Shown: positions 1 through 13,933, numbered from the stretch's first letter. The stretch is DNA of 64,000 nucleotides from Sphyrna mokarran (GCA_024679065.1 JAGIQG010000011.1:71176001-71240000), one strand, 5' to 3'. The notes: a model not told the origin generated them from the sequence alone. Program-made: numbers and translations.

Positions 1-34
1 CTTAAAGCCCCTGCCAGAATCTCAAATGCATATT

Positions 35-340
35 ATCATAGAATCCAACAGTGCAGAAGGAGGTCATTTGGCCCATCAAGTCTGCACCAGGCACAATCCT
101 ACCCAGGCCCTATCCCCATGACCCATGCATTTACCCTAGCTAGTTCCCCTGACACTAAGGGGCAATTTAGCATGCCCAATCCAACTAACCTGCACATCTT
201 TGGACTATGGGACAAAACCAGAGCACCCAGAAGAAACCCACGCAGACACGGGGAGAACATTCAAACTCCACACAGGCAGTGACCCAAGTGGGGAATTGAA
301 CCCCGGTCCCTAGCCCTAGTTTTAACCACTGTGCCACCAT
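35..340 (-). mobile_element. HE1-like tRNA-derived V-SINE
   Basis: The reverse strand begins ggtggcacagtggtt (A-box-like) and ggttcaattcc (B-box-like). It has the core gggtttcttctgggtgctctggtt...gtccaaagatgtgcaggttag and a gattctatga tail. Confidence 0.85.
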
Positions 341-2589
341 TGCTTCAGAAGTCGCGAAGCGATGTATAGAAGTAATCAGGGTATGCTTAGGCAAAAAGAA
401 ACAAAGAGGTGTTTCCATCCCTCAGCAGTTAATATTTGATTATTGCTTAAGATCCCCCCAAAATTAAGAAAACATACTTGCTTTAAACTCAAGCTTTAAG
501 TTAACAAATTCTAGATTCATGAAGAATTCAACAGTTCAGGGGAAGAACATATAAGTTGCACCTGCAGTCTCTCATACCCACTGTATCAAATTTCAAAGAA
601 AAAAATGCCAATAACAAAATTGCTTTCTTTATACATTAAAATGTTGGGGAAATGTGGCTAGCCCAGTTAATTTTATCTTCTGACAGTTCACGTGTTAGTT
701 TCTTCTTTTTTTCCTCCGCACGTTCTAAAAATGAAAACTTTCCATGGTTTTGCACTTAGTACAAAAAATCACTATAGTGGAATGCTTGTGCATGTGTTTC
801 TTCAAAAACTACTTTTTCAATTATTTATCCAACCATCTGTATCATCACTATTCACGTGTAGTAAAAGGAACTTTCTCACCTGTCTAATTTGGGCAAACAG
901 ATGAGGCAAGTGCTACAATGATGTAATGAACCCAGTCAGAAAGAGTCTCAAAGGAGCAGAACAGCTTCCAAACAACTTTTATCATTATTGCTCCTGGATC
1001 CGAAAGGCTGCTAATTCACCAAGATCAACCTGGTTTGCATTAGCTTAATCTTCCAGGTCCTGAAGTTGTAACATGGTCTCTCTCAGCTTGCTGACTACCT
1101 ATAGTGTCTGACGAATCGATATTCTCTGATACAGAGAACTGGCTATTTGAATGAATTCAGCATGGATCTCACCTCCTTGTGTGTGCCTTGACCTGTCCAC
1201 TATAATCACCTTCCTGCATGAAAGGCTGATCAAAAGGTTTGAATAAAAGGTTTAAGCTAGTCTGAATTTAGATTTACCATTTGTATTGGATCCACCAAAA
1301 CAAGTAGCAACAATCATGATCCCAATGGATTTTAACTATACACTTGTGTTTGTGACATGCAAAACACAGCCATCCGCAAACATATACACTTACACTCCAA
1401 ACTCTGCCAAAATTTTCTTTCATTATGGCAAGTGATATATACATACTTGGAGCAACAACAATAAATGGTAGGAACACTATGTGCAGCGCCTAATTTAGGA
1501 TTCTTTCATGAACTCGTAAAGTTTATGGTGCCTCAAAGCCTTTGTTTTGGTATACAGTGCTGATATCCAGTAATAAATCTGCTTTTGAATGTTGGTGGTC
1601 TGAATAAATAGTATTCATCTGATTCTCAACTGATTGGTGCCAACAACAACTTGTATTTATATAGCACCTTTAATAGTAGCACAACATACCAAGATGCTTT
1701 GTAAGAGTGTAATTGGACAAAAAAAAATTAACTGCAGGAGACATTGGACAAAATTTTTGCTGATATTCCCAGCCAAAATGATGGAACCTGCAGCACTGTA
1801 TCTGTCAAAGGATGATTTCTAATTAAATGATCTCCGGCATGGGTCAGAAAGGTTCAACTATACATAGATTCCTGAGCTTACAGCAATCACTGGAATAAAG
1901 AGTAGTCCTGTCCTCCTAGCTAGCTCACTTTTCTGGAGGCCCAGCTTCAGGTTCTGAGGCACTACACTCAGGTGAGGTCTCCCAAGGATGGAAGAGAGAC
2001 CAGCCTCTCCAACCAAGCTGATGTACCATGGAAGAGGCTAGGGAGGCAAACAGCAGAAGTATGTTCTCCAATCTGGATACAGTGCATCAAGGGAACCAAG
2101 GAACTCAGGAGGGTAGGAAAGATGAGGGGACTAACTCTTTTAGGTGCCAAGTCCCATATCCTGCCTTTCTCCATATTCTCTTTTCCAGCAATCCTCAGAA
2201 CAACACGCCTCGCTGCTCTATCCTCTTCCTGCCAGAGCCTCACGCTTCCACAAATGGACATTCAGCACTCACCTTCATTCTAATGCACAGTCACCGTTCT
2301 CAAATATCCTTTCCTCCCTGACACATAAGCCATTTTGAACACTCGTGATTCTCAGTCTTCTTTCCCTGCAGTGAAAAGGAACACACTATTTCAGGGAGAG
2401 GCAGAGATCTCCCAGGAAATGGGCATGAGTAGGCATGGTCGTTCTCCAGAGACAAGCACCATGATGGTCACTGGCAATAGATATCTTCAAAGTGTTCTTG
2501 AAAGGAGGTCTTGTTCCAATGTTAGCAAGGAACAGCTATGAAAACCTGAGCTCCCTAAAACATTGGTGCTGACTCTTGTTAAGAAAGCT

Positions 2590-3452
2590 GAACTGCTTGG
2601 TACCTATGTTGGGGATTTTGCCTCAGTGAAGCTGGATCTCACTGTCCATCCCCTCTGCGCTGTAGGGCAGAATGTGAATGAGGATAAGGCAGCTGCTTCT
2701 GCCACTCAGCTCAGCCTTCAGCCAATTGAGAAGAAAAATATACGAGAACCAGGATCTAAAATCCAAGACTAAAATCTTAGTTTACCAGACAGCATTGATT
2801 CTTACATTTCTACTTGCTTCAGAGAGTTGTGCAGCCTATTTTGCAATCACCTCAACACACTGGAGAAATACCAACAAGGGTTACTTCACATGATATGAAC
2901 ATAATAACATAAGACATCGGAATAGAAGCAGACCAAGCAGTCCATTGAACCTACTTTACCATTCAATATGATCGTGGTGATTTTGGACTTCAAATCCTCC
3001 AAATCCGGTGGTGAAAAAGGTTATCCAACAATGATGTCCACTCCCAAACCAACATGCCCAAAATCAAGGTGCTAATCACTCAAAGCCAGATCCACTGGGC
3101 AGGATACCATTCTTCCTAAGCAACTGCTCGATTTTAAATTTGTTCACTGCAGGGGTCCCATGAGGACAATGCAAATGCTTTAGGAATGCCTCCTATGCCC
3201 CCCCTCCCATGCATCCTGCCTTGTGACTGACCAAAATGGAGGAAATTTATTCAGAAAGACACTGAACACTTGGAGCGAGTATGCAGAGGTGAAATGAAGG
3301 TATGGAAGAGAGCACATCCAAACACATCAACTCCCAAATCTTCCTGCAACACCTGCTCCTCATGGGGCAGAGTCTGCAGTTTATACATTAAATTTATCTG
3401 CCATCTCGGAACTCGTCCAACTGGATATCTTCGGTCTGGAGACACTGCCTAA
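2590..3452 (+). mobile_element. Degenerate RTE-clade LINE 3' fragment, interrupted by a short CR1-type tail at ~2895-2995
   Basis: Translation SSAFSQLRRKIYENQDLKSKTKILVYQTALILTFLLASES resembles the RTE post-RT region. The C-terminal CNTCSSWGRVCSLYIKFICHL and the end actgcctaag match the copy at 20402-20550. Confidence 0.7.
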
Positions 3453-3759
3453 GATAGAAAGTCTCTTCATTCCCCATCAGAGTTGTATGTAGAGCTGGTA
3501 AAATTTCTGCCTTGTCATGATAAAGGTTGCCAGCAGGGAAGTGCAGCTGAAAAATGAGTGAAGTGACTTCTGAGAATTTGGAAATCACCGGTCCAGCAGT
3601 GAGAGCTCACTCTGAGATGGAGTGCTGTGAACAGCAGCCTCTCACCTGGTTGTGCCTGCATTTCTTCAGTTCCACTGATCAAAGTCTTAGCAATGTGTCA
3701 GTTTTGCTGAAGAAGTCCCCACATCCCCCTGGTTGGTTAAAACAGCAGTCAAAAACATA

Positions 3760-3890
3760 GGGCTCGATCTTACTGGCTGTTCATGTCCCACGTTCCCACT
3801 GCAGGAAAGTCGGAGAATTTGTCAAACTCCATTTGCTGCAGCAGAATAGGGAATTCCCACTGGTATGAATGGCTGTAAGTTTGCAGCCCC
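3760..3890. mobile_element. Short MITE-like element
   Basis: Imperfect TIRs gggctcgatcttac / gtaagtttgcagccc enclose ~130 bp. No clear TSD. Confidence 0.5.
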
Positions 3891-4109
3891 TGTTAAATAT
3901 TTTAATTAATTGCTCAACAACTGCAAGGGTATTACTCTCTCACTTGCAAAGACCACCCAAGGGAAACCCGGAAGTGGGCAAGATCGAGATCCCGACCCAG
4001 CAATATTTTCAGGGATTTAACTTGCCCTCATCTGCCCAACCCATCATCATGGGCCCATCTCCCCCATTAGTAGAGCCGATTGAAATCTCGTTCAAAGATG
4101 TTGGGGAGA

Positions 4110-4340
4110 GAGGTGGAGAAGCAGGGAGGGTTAGAGAGCATATTTAGCACCTAGACAGCTGAAGGCACTGCAACCATTAGTGTAGTGAAGGAAGTTTGGG
4201 ATGCATCAGAGACCAGAATTGGAGATATGAAATGTTGTTAGAGGGATATATGGTCAGAGGGAATTTCAGAAATATGATAGGGAGACGTCATGAAGGAATT
4301 GAACACAAGGATAAGAATTTTTAAATTAGGTACCTGGAGA
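4110..4340 (-). mobile_element. Old L2-like LINE 3' fragment
   Basis: Similar to 56690-56990 (cagctgaaggc...gaccagaattggaga...acaaggataagaattttt). Confidence 0.5.
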
Positions 4341-5844
4341 CTCCATTTCAATCTGCACCAGTTGGGAGTAATGTAGAGAAGGTACATGTCCAAGGTCTGC
4401 CAGTATATACCTTGGTTCCTACTAATTCAGCAAAGGATCTTCCCAATGCTAAACCGACACATATTGTATTTATTTATTGATTGGATTACATTTTCATTCA
4501 CTAGGCTTTAAAGTTTTAAATTCCCTGCCCAAATCATTCTACCTTTCTGCTTCCCTTTCTCCATTTTAATAAACTCTTTGAACTCTTCCTCCTTGACCGA
4601 GCTCTTTGATCATTAAAAACACCTTGTGATTTCTGTTCCATTGAGGGTGCTACATAACTGCGGGTCACTGTTGTAACTTAGCCATATCCACTGATTATAG
4701 TTTTGTCACAGAACGGTACCACTTTCAACACAATAATTCAATCTGCAGCAGTGTAAACCTTTATACTCATGGACATGCAACAAGTCACAGCAGATGCTGA
4801 CATTAATGCATTGGGCTTAGTCTAATACCAAATAACATTAAACCAAAATTAGAGATTGCATTTTTTTGATTCCCTGAAGAGACTGAATGTGCTTGTTTAT
4901 TTTATTTACACAGCCTTCAGTAAGACCCAAGTTCAGTTGACAAATTTGAATGCAGGTGCTGCCTCAACCATTGTCACATTTATGTCACCAGAAATGACAC
5001 TATACTTTCTGGAATTGATACGATGGATAGTTCCTCCCAGAAAGGTCTGAATTATGGTTGACATTTCATGAACTTACTAATGTTTTACTGAGAGGGTCAA
5101 TGAACTAAAATTTATGGGTTCTGCAAACCTCAAGTCACAAAAAGTTCATCCTGTGTACCTCCAACAACAGCTTTCCTTCTAAACAAAGACAGCAAGTAAA
5201 TCAGTTCAGGGATCCTGCATCCTGCTTTCAGTTGTCACACACCACATTCCTGCTGGCTGTATTCTCTTCATGGTGGGAGAAATAAGGCGCATGGACAATT
5301 CTCATGAAAGAATCCAGACAAGACGGCATTAAAGCGAGAGGAAGAGACAGGGGCTGGTGCAGTTAGGGCACCATTTTAATGCTCCACTGTCCGTTTATCC
5401 TGTTTAGAAATTTAGTTGTACCTTCCTCTCAATATTTTGTGCAATACTAATCTTTGACCAACTTATTAGTGAAAAGCATAGGCAACAAATTAGTCAGACA
5501 TTAGTGAGAAACCCTATCTCCTGGCTAGGAGCAGTGAACCACACAGTTTACACAGAATTGTTACAGTGCAGAAGGAAGCCATCTGCCTCATTGTCTGCAC
5601 CAGCTCTCTGAATGAGCAATTCGAGCAATGCAATTGCCTTTTTTTTATTACTTAGGTCTAGCCAAGTTGATTCTATCCTTGATCCCTCTGGGACATTCTT
5701 TTCCTCTAAACTTTGCAATGATCTCTTTAATCAATACCACCATTTCTCTCGTCTTTCATCATTTTCTATCTTTCACGAATTCTTTGAATTCAGGGGTATT
5801 TAACTCTTCTTTGAGCCAGGTCTCTGTTATAGCCACAATACCAT

Positions 5845-5950
5845 GGGTGGGAATTTCTGGCCACGCTTGTCCCAACATCGAAAAATCTTGCCTGAAGTCA
5901 ATGGACATTTGCGTGGTTTGGTCTTCCCATGGGATGGGAAAATTCAACCC
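5845..5950. mobile_element. PIF/Harbinger-type MITE with 3-bp TSD (CAT)
   Basis: cat|gggtgggaatttc ... gaaaattcaaccc|cat. The internal sequence is shared with 21716, 24935, 27309 and, inverted, 47111. Confidence 0.7.
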
Positions 5951-7711
5951 CATTTTTCTACGTAGCAATCTGCACTTGTAATTGACCAATCTTGCAACCA
6001 CACTCCGTGTGTGAATACACGGATTAAGACTTTTTTACTTTCTTGCTTACTCATACCCCACCTATTAACTGACTATTCCTTATTCTAGTGCTAATTATCT
6101 CTCTCAGCATACTGTTTGCCTTGGTATTTTTCTCTGATATTATCTCCTGGTTTCCATACCCCTTCTACATTAGTTTAAAACCTCCCCAATAACACAAGTA
6201 AAATGCCCTACAAGGAAGTTAGTCGTAGCTCTATTTAAATGCAGCACATTCATCTTGTCTACATCTCATTTCCCCCAAAAGCTGTTCTAGTGTCTCAAAG
6301 TCCCAAGTGTCCCTTCTGCACCAACTTTCCAAATGATAGGAATGCACTGGGGCTAAGAATGCGTAAATATGGATAGATTCAGATCAGGTCAGCAAGAGCA
6401 CGATTTCTGTGCTCTTCACATGGTTTACAGTTAGGTTGGGATATAAAGAGGAAAGGAGGCATGGCATTTTTCTGAGCCAGTTCCCATATTATTAGTTGAT
6501 CTTTCCTTCATCGTTAACCAGACTATTGGAAGGAAACATACCTACCAAATATTTATTCAGCAAATCGCACTCAGGTATCAATGGCAGATGGTGGCAAGCT
6601 GGGTTTATCCTGAATATCCCAGCCACCATGATGAAATCAATTGCTCAAGATTCACACATGAACAGAAGCGATTGAGCAAAATACTGCAGGTTACCTGACA
6701 CCCAAGGGATCACCTCAGGATAGGAGTCAATATGTTGAGGAAAGGATTGAAGGAGACTGCTATAACTATATTAATGCAGTAGCAATAATACTATTCATGA
6801 TTAGACTATCAATAATGTCTGTTAGATTTGGTAGGCATTTCTAAATCTAATTTTAATTAACTGTGCATTAATAAATAAAACGACATTTTAGAAAAATTAA
6901 TTGAATAAGTTCGCTTCGTTTGCCACTTAAAAATGGATGTTATATGAGAGCAGGAACAATTACTGGTAATTGCACAGTTTAGCACAGAAAGACTGGCTCA
7001 GCAACATCCTAATGGTCAATAGCACTCATTTCTACCCTAATTTGCTTTTATTCCAGTAAGAGTACAAATGTTTCAGATTAATTACTGATAAATAATAAAT
7101 TTGACTGAACTTTTAATAGAATCACATCATGACATGGCCACTATTTGCATTTAATATATTTTACAAGTAGAATGGAGGAACAATCAAGGTATTTATCTTT
7201 TTGTCATCATCCTGCTCACCTTGACCAGTCACGTAAAAAAAGTAAAATGTTGCCATTATATGATACGGCCCATTTAAATTTGAAGCGAGGAAAGTTTAGC
7301 ACTTTGGATTTCAAGCCTTTACCAAAATTGGGTGACAAACAAATCTCTTTGGATAATGGAATAATTTAAAGTAGGAGGGAAGATGAGGAGAATATTAGAT
7401 AAGAATTTATTTGAGTGCATGTCCTGAATTTTTGAGATAGGAGTCAGCCAACAGCAATTTGGGCTTTTATCAGTTACGCTCAGTTTTTCTCTCTTTCACA
7501 TCTTGGCCCAAGTCATTTATGGAGTGAAAATCACCATTGGATTGCCAAACCATTCCTATTTTCCTGCACCATGAATCTGTTCCACAGTTCTGGCCAGATC
7601 TTCTGATTCTGAATTTTTCAAAAATGATGAGCATTCTTCCATCCACCTTCTTTCTTGTAGTGCTGGAAGGTCGTGATGCCATGACGAGTAAGTATTCACT
7701 AACAGACTAAA

Positions 7712-9110
7712 AGGCCAGAACGCTTAAACTATTTTTCACTGTATTAGTGAAGAAGTGAATGGGTAAGTGTGCAGTTGCATAGGGTAGATGAGATAAGTGG
7801 ATAAGGTGGTAGCTCTAAAGGATGAGTACGGTGGCAACTGCTGGGGTAGAAGCTGGATATGGTGGCAGGTGACTATGGTGGTAAGTGAATATGGTAGCAA
7901 CTAGGTAGGATGAAGGAGTTTAGGGTAGCAGGTGGGTAAGGTGGCAGCTGAGCAGGATGGTACGTGGGTCAGGATGTTAGATGGGTAAAGCAGGAAGAGT
8001 TATAGGTTGGGGTCTAGTTGGTTTTATCGGGGAGGAATTGGGAAGTCAGATGGAATGTTAGTTGGTGAGAGCTAGTCAGATCGGGTCAGGGACAATTAGG
8101 TATAAGTGGGAGAGTAGTTGGGAGGTTGGAGGGAGGGAATCAGGTGTATCGGTTGTATAGTTACCCATGTTAGGGTATTTGAGCAGAAACCTCAATGTAT
8201 GTTATGAAGTTTGATTTGATTAAATGTGAGGCTAAGGTGTTTCACGCCAGGTGTGATTCTATTGATATACTAGAAAGCCTTTATCAAACAAACATTATTT
8301 AACAATACACTTCAACTATCACAAATGAAATACCTAACCATGACGGGACATAATTCTTAACTATTAATCTATCTTGATTTGTTCCAAAATAAGCAATATT
8401 TCTCCATTGACTTAAACTCTCCACTTTAGAATCAGTTAGCAAAAAACACAAGTTTATATATTATACCTGTTGACAGCTCCAAAAGCAGCCTTCAGAGAGA
8501 GAGAGAGAAAAAAAAAGAAAGAATCTTGCTTCTTTCAGAACCAAATAGAAACTGCTTACTTTCCCCATGAGCTTAACTCCTCTGATTCACATGACTCTGT
8601 CTCTTACTCTACTAATCAAAACTCTACTCTGAAACCCCAGGACAGACAAACAAAAAAATACATTTATCCGTATAAAACCAATACCCCATTATGTAAAACC
8701 AACTATTCTCCAGCATTCTCAGCATGGAGCTGCCTGGTAGAGACAAATCAGCACCAGGTTAACAGAGCTGAATGTTAAACATACCCTTTACAAGAAACAT
8801 GATATAACTACATTTCTGATAGGCAAAGTATCATCACATCCTGGTGTTAAATCAGAATGTTGGTGTTTAACACTTCCTGGTTAACTATCCAGCTAAATAA
8901 TTTGGAACTGTCCAAAATCTCAAATTGTAACTCGTAGTCAGAAACTTGTTGGGAGAGTCCCTGAGAACAGGGGAAATTAGCCATTGGAAGATCAAACTTC
9001 CTGTGCAATTCCCATGAAGTCAGTATATCAGGACTTCTGCGGGATTCAGAACCGCATCTTGTGGGATATGTCTGATCTTTAATGATCCTGAGATTAGAAG
9101 ATCTGGATCT
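7712..9110 (+). mobile_element. Non-autonomous element with G-rich degenerate internal repeats, interrupted by an LTR-like insert
   Basis: G/T-rich ggtaagtgg-type tract at 7750-8170. The 3' part (ccattggaagatcaaacttcctgtgcaattcccat...gagattagaagatctgg) matches 55620-55750. Confidence 0.55.
8200..8838. mobile_element. Putative solo-LTR-like insertion
   Basis: A ~620-640 bp AT-rich block splits the G-rich element and has TG...CA ends (tgtga at 8225 / tcaca at 8838). It has an internal (AG)n like 61770-62460. No TSD found. Confidence 0.4.
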
Positions 9111-9189
9111 TTGTTATATTAAGCCTTGGAAGTCTGGGTGGTTATCTTCAGTTTTCTGATATGAGACCTACACCTAAAATTAACTAACT

Positions 9190-9890
9190 GTAGAATTCTT
9201 CCAAGCCTCCGCCAGTGGTTTCAATAGCAGGTAGAGGTGAGGATTTGAGCAGGGGGTCCAAAAATTGATTTTACGCCAGCGTGATTTTCCAATGGGATCT
9301 TCTGCTGATGCCCACCATGGGACATTGGGAAGAGGTCAGCGTGAAACTCATTGGCATCCTGCTAATGGCATGTAGATGAAAGTCTGACCACCCACACCTG
9401 ATTCTCCATGGCACCAGTGTGAAAGCAGAACACATCTCGAAAATGTGATGTTCACATGTTGGGACTCACCTGAATAATGCCTAGGCTGCATCCGGAGTGT
9501 ATAATGGAGGCCTCCAGTAACAATGAACCCTGGAAGACCACAGTAGTGGTTGGGGGGAGCATCTGGAGACACTTCCAGAATTTAATATCCTGGAGTCCAT
9601 CTTTCAATCTCAGAATGTTCCTGCAGATCCATTTTCATTTTGAGGTGGTCCACCTTCTTTCTTCAATAGTGCGTCATTGATGTTGGGATCCTTTTCAATG
9701 TGGTGCCTGAATAGAATGATGGACCATGTGCCTTCAGACCTGTTCCCATCCTGGGAAATGGTGCAAAACCACAGGGTGCATAATTAATGAGTATGGGGTT
9801 GGAAAATTTGGCACATTTTCCTGCTGGCCTCATCAGTAGAAACTGCTCTATGTTCCCAACCCCGCCATAGGGCTTGGGAAAATACCACCC
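9190..9890. mobile_element. Degenerate Harbinger-type non-autonomous element
   Basis: Termini gtagaattcttcc / ggaaaataccaccc resemble the MITE-family TIRs. Confidence 0.4.
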
Positions 9891-10309
9891 ATGTTTTCCT
9901 CTTTTTTCAAATACTGAAAGATCTGCATTGTATTTCCTACATTTCCAATGTTTTACATTTATTTAAAAAAAAATTCTTTCTAATTCCATCAATGCCTATT
10001 GTGCAGCAAATCTACCAAATTTAAATAAGCAATACAAAAGACCAGCGCCAAAACCATGTACATCAATAATAAATATATATATAATATAAATGAAACAGTT
10101 TTACATAATCACTATAAAAAGTAGTTGCATACTTCACAAGAAATGATTATCAAATTACAGAATGACTCATTAAGTGGAGTGGAAATGAAAAGATAATGTA
10201 ACAGCAGCTTGGTTTGAGAAATGTAATTGTACTATTTACCATATTTTTCAATTCCTTTTTTCTGAATTTATGAGTGTCCGACAAGTGCATGGCCATTTTT
10301 GCAATTATT

Positions 10310-10600
10310 TCCAAATATGCTGTGTCTACCAACTGGAAGAACAAGGGCAACAAATGCACAGGGACACCACCATTGCAAATTATCCTTCAAGCCACACACC
10401 ATCCTGACTTGGAACTACGTTGCTGCACCTGGGATGGCATGTGGCACAGGGGTTAGTTTTGCTGGCTCACAGCACTCGGAATCCAAATTCACTTCCCAGC
10501 TTGAGTCATTGTCTGCAGGTTCTCTCCATGGATTTCCTCCAGGGGGTCCAGTTTCGTTTCACAGCCCAAAAGATGTGCTGTGTAGGGCCATTGGTCATGG
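10310..10600 (+). mobile_element. LINE 3' fragment (10310-10420) abutting a truncated HE1-like SINE (10430-10600)
   Basis: ORF piece HHHCKLSFKPHTILTWNYVA is shared with the 49740 and 51718 fragments. It is followed by gtggcacaggggttag...cccaaaagatgtgc. Confidence 0.6.
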
Positions 10601-11514
10601 CGTGATCATCAATAATGAATCCACAAATTAAAACAAAACTAGCCAGCATATTTAAATTAGTAAGATACCTGATCCAGGTTTATGGAATGAGGAACTCCAA
10701 AAACTATAGTGTCACAGGATTCTAAATTGAAACTGAGCGCTTTGGCGCAACATTGATTGCTCCGATCTATCAAGTTTTGCACTGTTAGGGCAATTGCCCA
10801 TGCACCAACTCAGCAATTTTAAAGTGCTATCCACAAGCAAGGTGAAGGGAGGAAAAAATCAGATAAGACAGTCCTTCTATGGTCCACGTGACTACCTCAT
10901 CATGCTCCATTTAAGTCAAGACTAAGCACATGTCAGAAGGCAGGAGACTTGTCCTCTTCTTGACTTAAATGCATGATCCACTGTGCCTGCATCTGCAGTC
11001 CAAATGAGCAACTCTCCTAGCACAATCTCCCCACCATTTCTCCATAACCCTGCACATTGTTCCTTTTCAGGTAACAGCCAAATTCCATCTCAAGTGCTTT
11101 ATTTGAATCTGCCTCCACCACATTTCTCCAAGTGCATTCCAGAGCTTAACAACCCACCGTGTCACTTTAGCTTCTTTTGCTAATTAGGATCGTATCCTTT
11201 CTTCTATCTTGTCCTTCTACAATCTTCCTACCAAAATTCCCACATTGAACTTCATCTGTCACTTGTCTGCTCTTTTCACCAACTTGTTTATGGGCTAGAC
11301 TTTCTTGTCCTTCCCACCAGTAGGAACTTCTGGTCCCTTCAGGTTGACCCTCGCTGTGGTTTACCCGGTGGTAGAATAGCCAGTGAGCTATACAAATTGC
11401 CATTATCTTGAGCAGGATTGAAAGATCCGCCACTAGCCAATAGCAAGCCGCACCCACCATAGGAGAACCCATTATGGAGAAGCTGAAAAATTTCATTCCT
11501 TTAGAAGCTCTGCA

Positions 11515-12060
11515 CTAACCTTCTAACATTCTTAATGCTTCCAAGCTTTGTGTCATCCACAAATGATGAAATTGTGTCCTATACAATATATATCAGGAAA
11601 AGCAAGGATCCCAGCATTGACCCTGAAGATCTCCACTCCAAATCTTACTCCAATCCAGAAAAAATACCCATTAACTATTACTCTCTGTTTCCTGTCACAC
11701 AGCTAATTTTGTTTCCATGCTGCTCATGTTGCTTTTATTCTCTGAGTTCTATCTTTTCTTTCAACCCTTTGCATGGCAGTTTATCAAGTGCTTTTTGGAA
11801 GTCCATGTACACAACATCAACAGCACTGTGCTCATCAACTCTCTTGTTACCTCTTCAAGAAAACTCAAACAAGTTAGTTAAATATGATTTTCTCTGCAAA
11901 AATCCATGTAAGCACACGTAATTAACCCACATTTGTCCATAGTAGTATCATTTTTGTCCCATATTATTACTTCTAGAAGTTTACACACTACGAAAGTTAA
12001 AGTGACTGGTTTGTATTTGAATAAGGGTGTAATATTTACAGGTTTGAACCTTCCCCGAGT
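11515..12060 (-). mobile_element. Old CR1 RT-region fragment
   Basis: Reverse translation NITPLFKYKPVTLTFVVCKLLEVIIWDK, plus a gtgtacatggacttccaaaaagcacttgataa (VYMDFQKAxDK) motif. Confidence 0.7.
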
Positions 12061-12080
12061 CCAAAGGTGACTGGAAACCT

Positions 12081-12460
12081 GGAATGGCATAATGGTTAGC
12101 ACTGCTGCCTCGCAGCATCAGGAACCCAGGTTCGATATCCATTTTCGATTTCTGGCTTGGTTCATTGTCTATGTGGAGTCTACGCGTTCTGCACGAGTCT
12201 GTGTAGGTTTCCTCTGGATTAGACCTGGGTGGAATTGCAGTCAGTGCAGCTTCTTTCTGCAATGTAGGGATTTTATGATTCTATAATTCTATGCTCCGGT
12301 TTCATCCCACAGTCTGAAAGAAGTGCTAAGCCATGGTGCATTGGCCATGCTAAATTTTCCCTCAGTGTACCCAAATGGTGCTGGAGGTGGTGATTAGAGA
12401 ATTTTCATAATAATTTCATTGCAGTGTTAATGTAAGTCTAGTTGTGACACTAACAAAAAA
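12081..12460 (+). mobile_element. tRNA-derived SINE (aacttcattgcagtgttaatgtaag tail type) with a nested ~75-bp HE1/CR1-type tail
   Basis: Head tggcataatggttagcactgctgcctc; the tail is homologous to 44294-44567. A foreign segment at ~12218-12291 ends in tatgattctataattcta. Confidence 0.75.
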
Positions 12461-12624
12461 AGTGTAAAAGAGGTAATTAATACAGTAGAAGGATTTAAAA
12501 TTTATCAATAGAAGGTATTGGATAAGCTCTCTGTAATTTAACTTAATAAAGTACCAGAACTGGATGAAATGCACCCGAGGATACTGCGGGAAAGGAGAGC
12601 TGAAATTGAGGAAGTACAGGCCAT

Positions 12625-12830
12625 TAGAATCCTTACAGTGCAGAAAAAGGCCATTCAACCTATCAAGTCTATACCAACTCTCTGACACAGTACCCTTACA
12701 CAGGTCCTATCCCTGTAACCTCACACATTCACCATGGCCAATTCACCTAACGCACATATCTTGGGGGAGGAAACCCGCACAGGCAGAGAGAGAACGTGCA
12801 AACTCCATACAGACAGTCATCCAAGACTGT
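12625..12830 (-). mobile_element. Truncated HE1-like SINE
   Basis: tagaatccttacagtgcagaaaaaggccattc...aaactccatacagacagtcatccaag, matching 35-340. Confidence 0.75.
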
Positions 12831-13933
12831 AGCCTGGACTGCATCTTCTTCTGTGATTAAAACAAATGAAAAATATTCATTCAGTTATTCCTCGTTATTA
12901 GTTATTCCTCGTGCTTCCATGCATAAATTACCTTTTGGTCCCTAATCAGTCCTTAGCAACTTAAAGAAAAATCAAACGTTATTGTTGTTGCAGGAGGAAG
13001 AGTTATTTCCTTTCTGGAAGATAAACTTGAAAAGGAGGAATGTTCACAAACTATTTATTATCTTGAATTTATACAAATCGTCATCCAACTTAAACCTTTA
13101 TCTAAGCTTAAATAAGTCTTGACACATCAGTTCTGTGCTTATCAAGATTCATTCATATCTATTGCAAGTTTTAGCTGCTTTTCCCAGGCCAAACAGTCAA
13201 TTTAGTTGTTTACTTCTTGGTGTTGTTACCCAGATGAAGGACAAACAATCAGATAATTCAAAACCCAGGAATCGGATCATGTGGAATTCTAAAATATCAA
13301 AAATCTGAATTCCAACTCCAATCCTCATAGTTTTTAAGAAAACAACACATGAAGTGGGACAGCCAACATCAGTTGGGCTGGCAATTTAAATATATTAATA
13401 AGACTTCATGCTTCATTTTTAATCATTACTTAAATATACCCCAGACAAACAAGTTTTCCAAGCCTCTGGAATCCAATGGCTAAAGGGAAGTAAAACTGAT
13501 GAATCCGAGATAAGCATCTTTTCCACTTCCTATTGGATCCAGTATACCTGCTTCATCATCATGAATGGATATGTAATCTCCTCCATGATACCTGTGATAT
13601 GTGATATCTGACTTGCCTCAACGCTGACATTTCTGATATTGCTTGGCAACAACCTTTCCCAGCCATGCCCATCATCCTGCTGTATCCCCTGGCTCCAGAC
13701 CCTGATTATTCCCCTGACTTTACCTCGCAAACCTTCACTAACTCCTAACTCCAATTTACCTCCCTCTCTCCAGCCTCCTCATTCATCCCTTGCTTCAGAC
13801 TTCAATGTTCTTGCCCCACACTCTGGCCTCCCAGATCTTATTCAATTTCAGATTCCTGTCTTCCTCCACCTGCCCCTCAAACCGACCTGGTCAATCTTCC
13901 CCAGCTCTAGACTCCCAGTATTTTTGCACCATA

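Noticed and set aside
12883-12912. Short direct repeat agttattcctcgt x2 (a similar one, ggagttgaacatct x2, lies near 55235-55273)
   Set aside because: Ordinary small slippage duplications with no array or spacer structure; not CRISPR-like.
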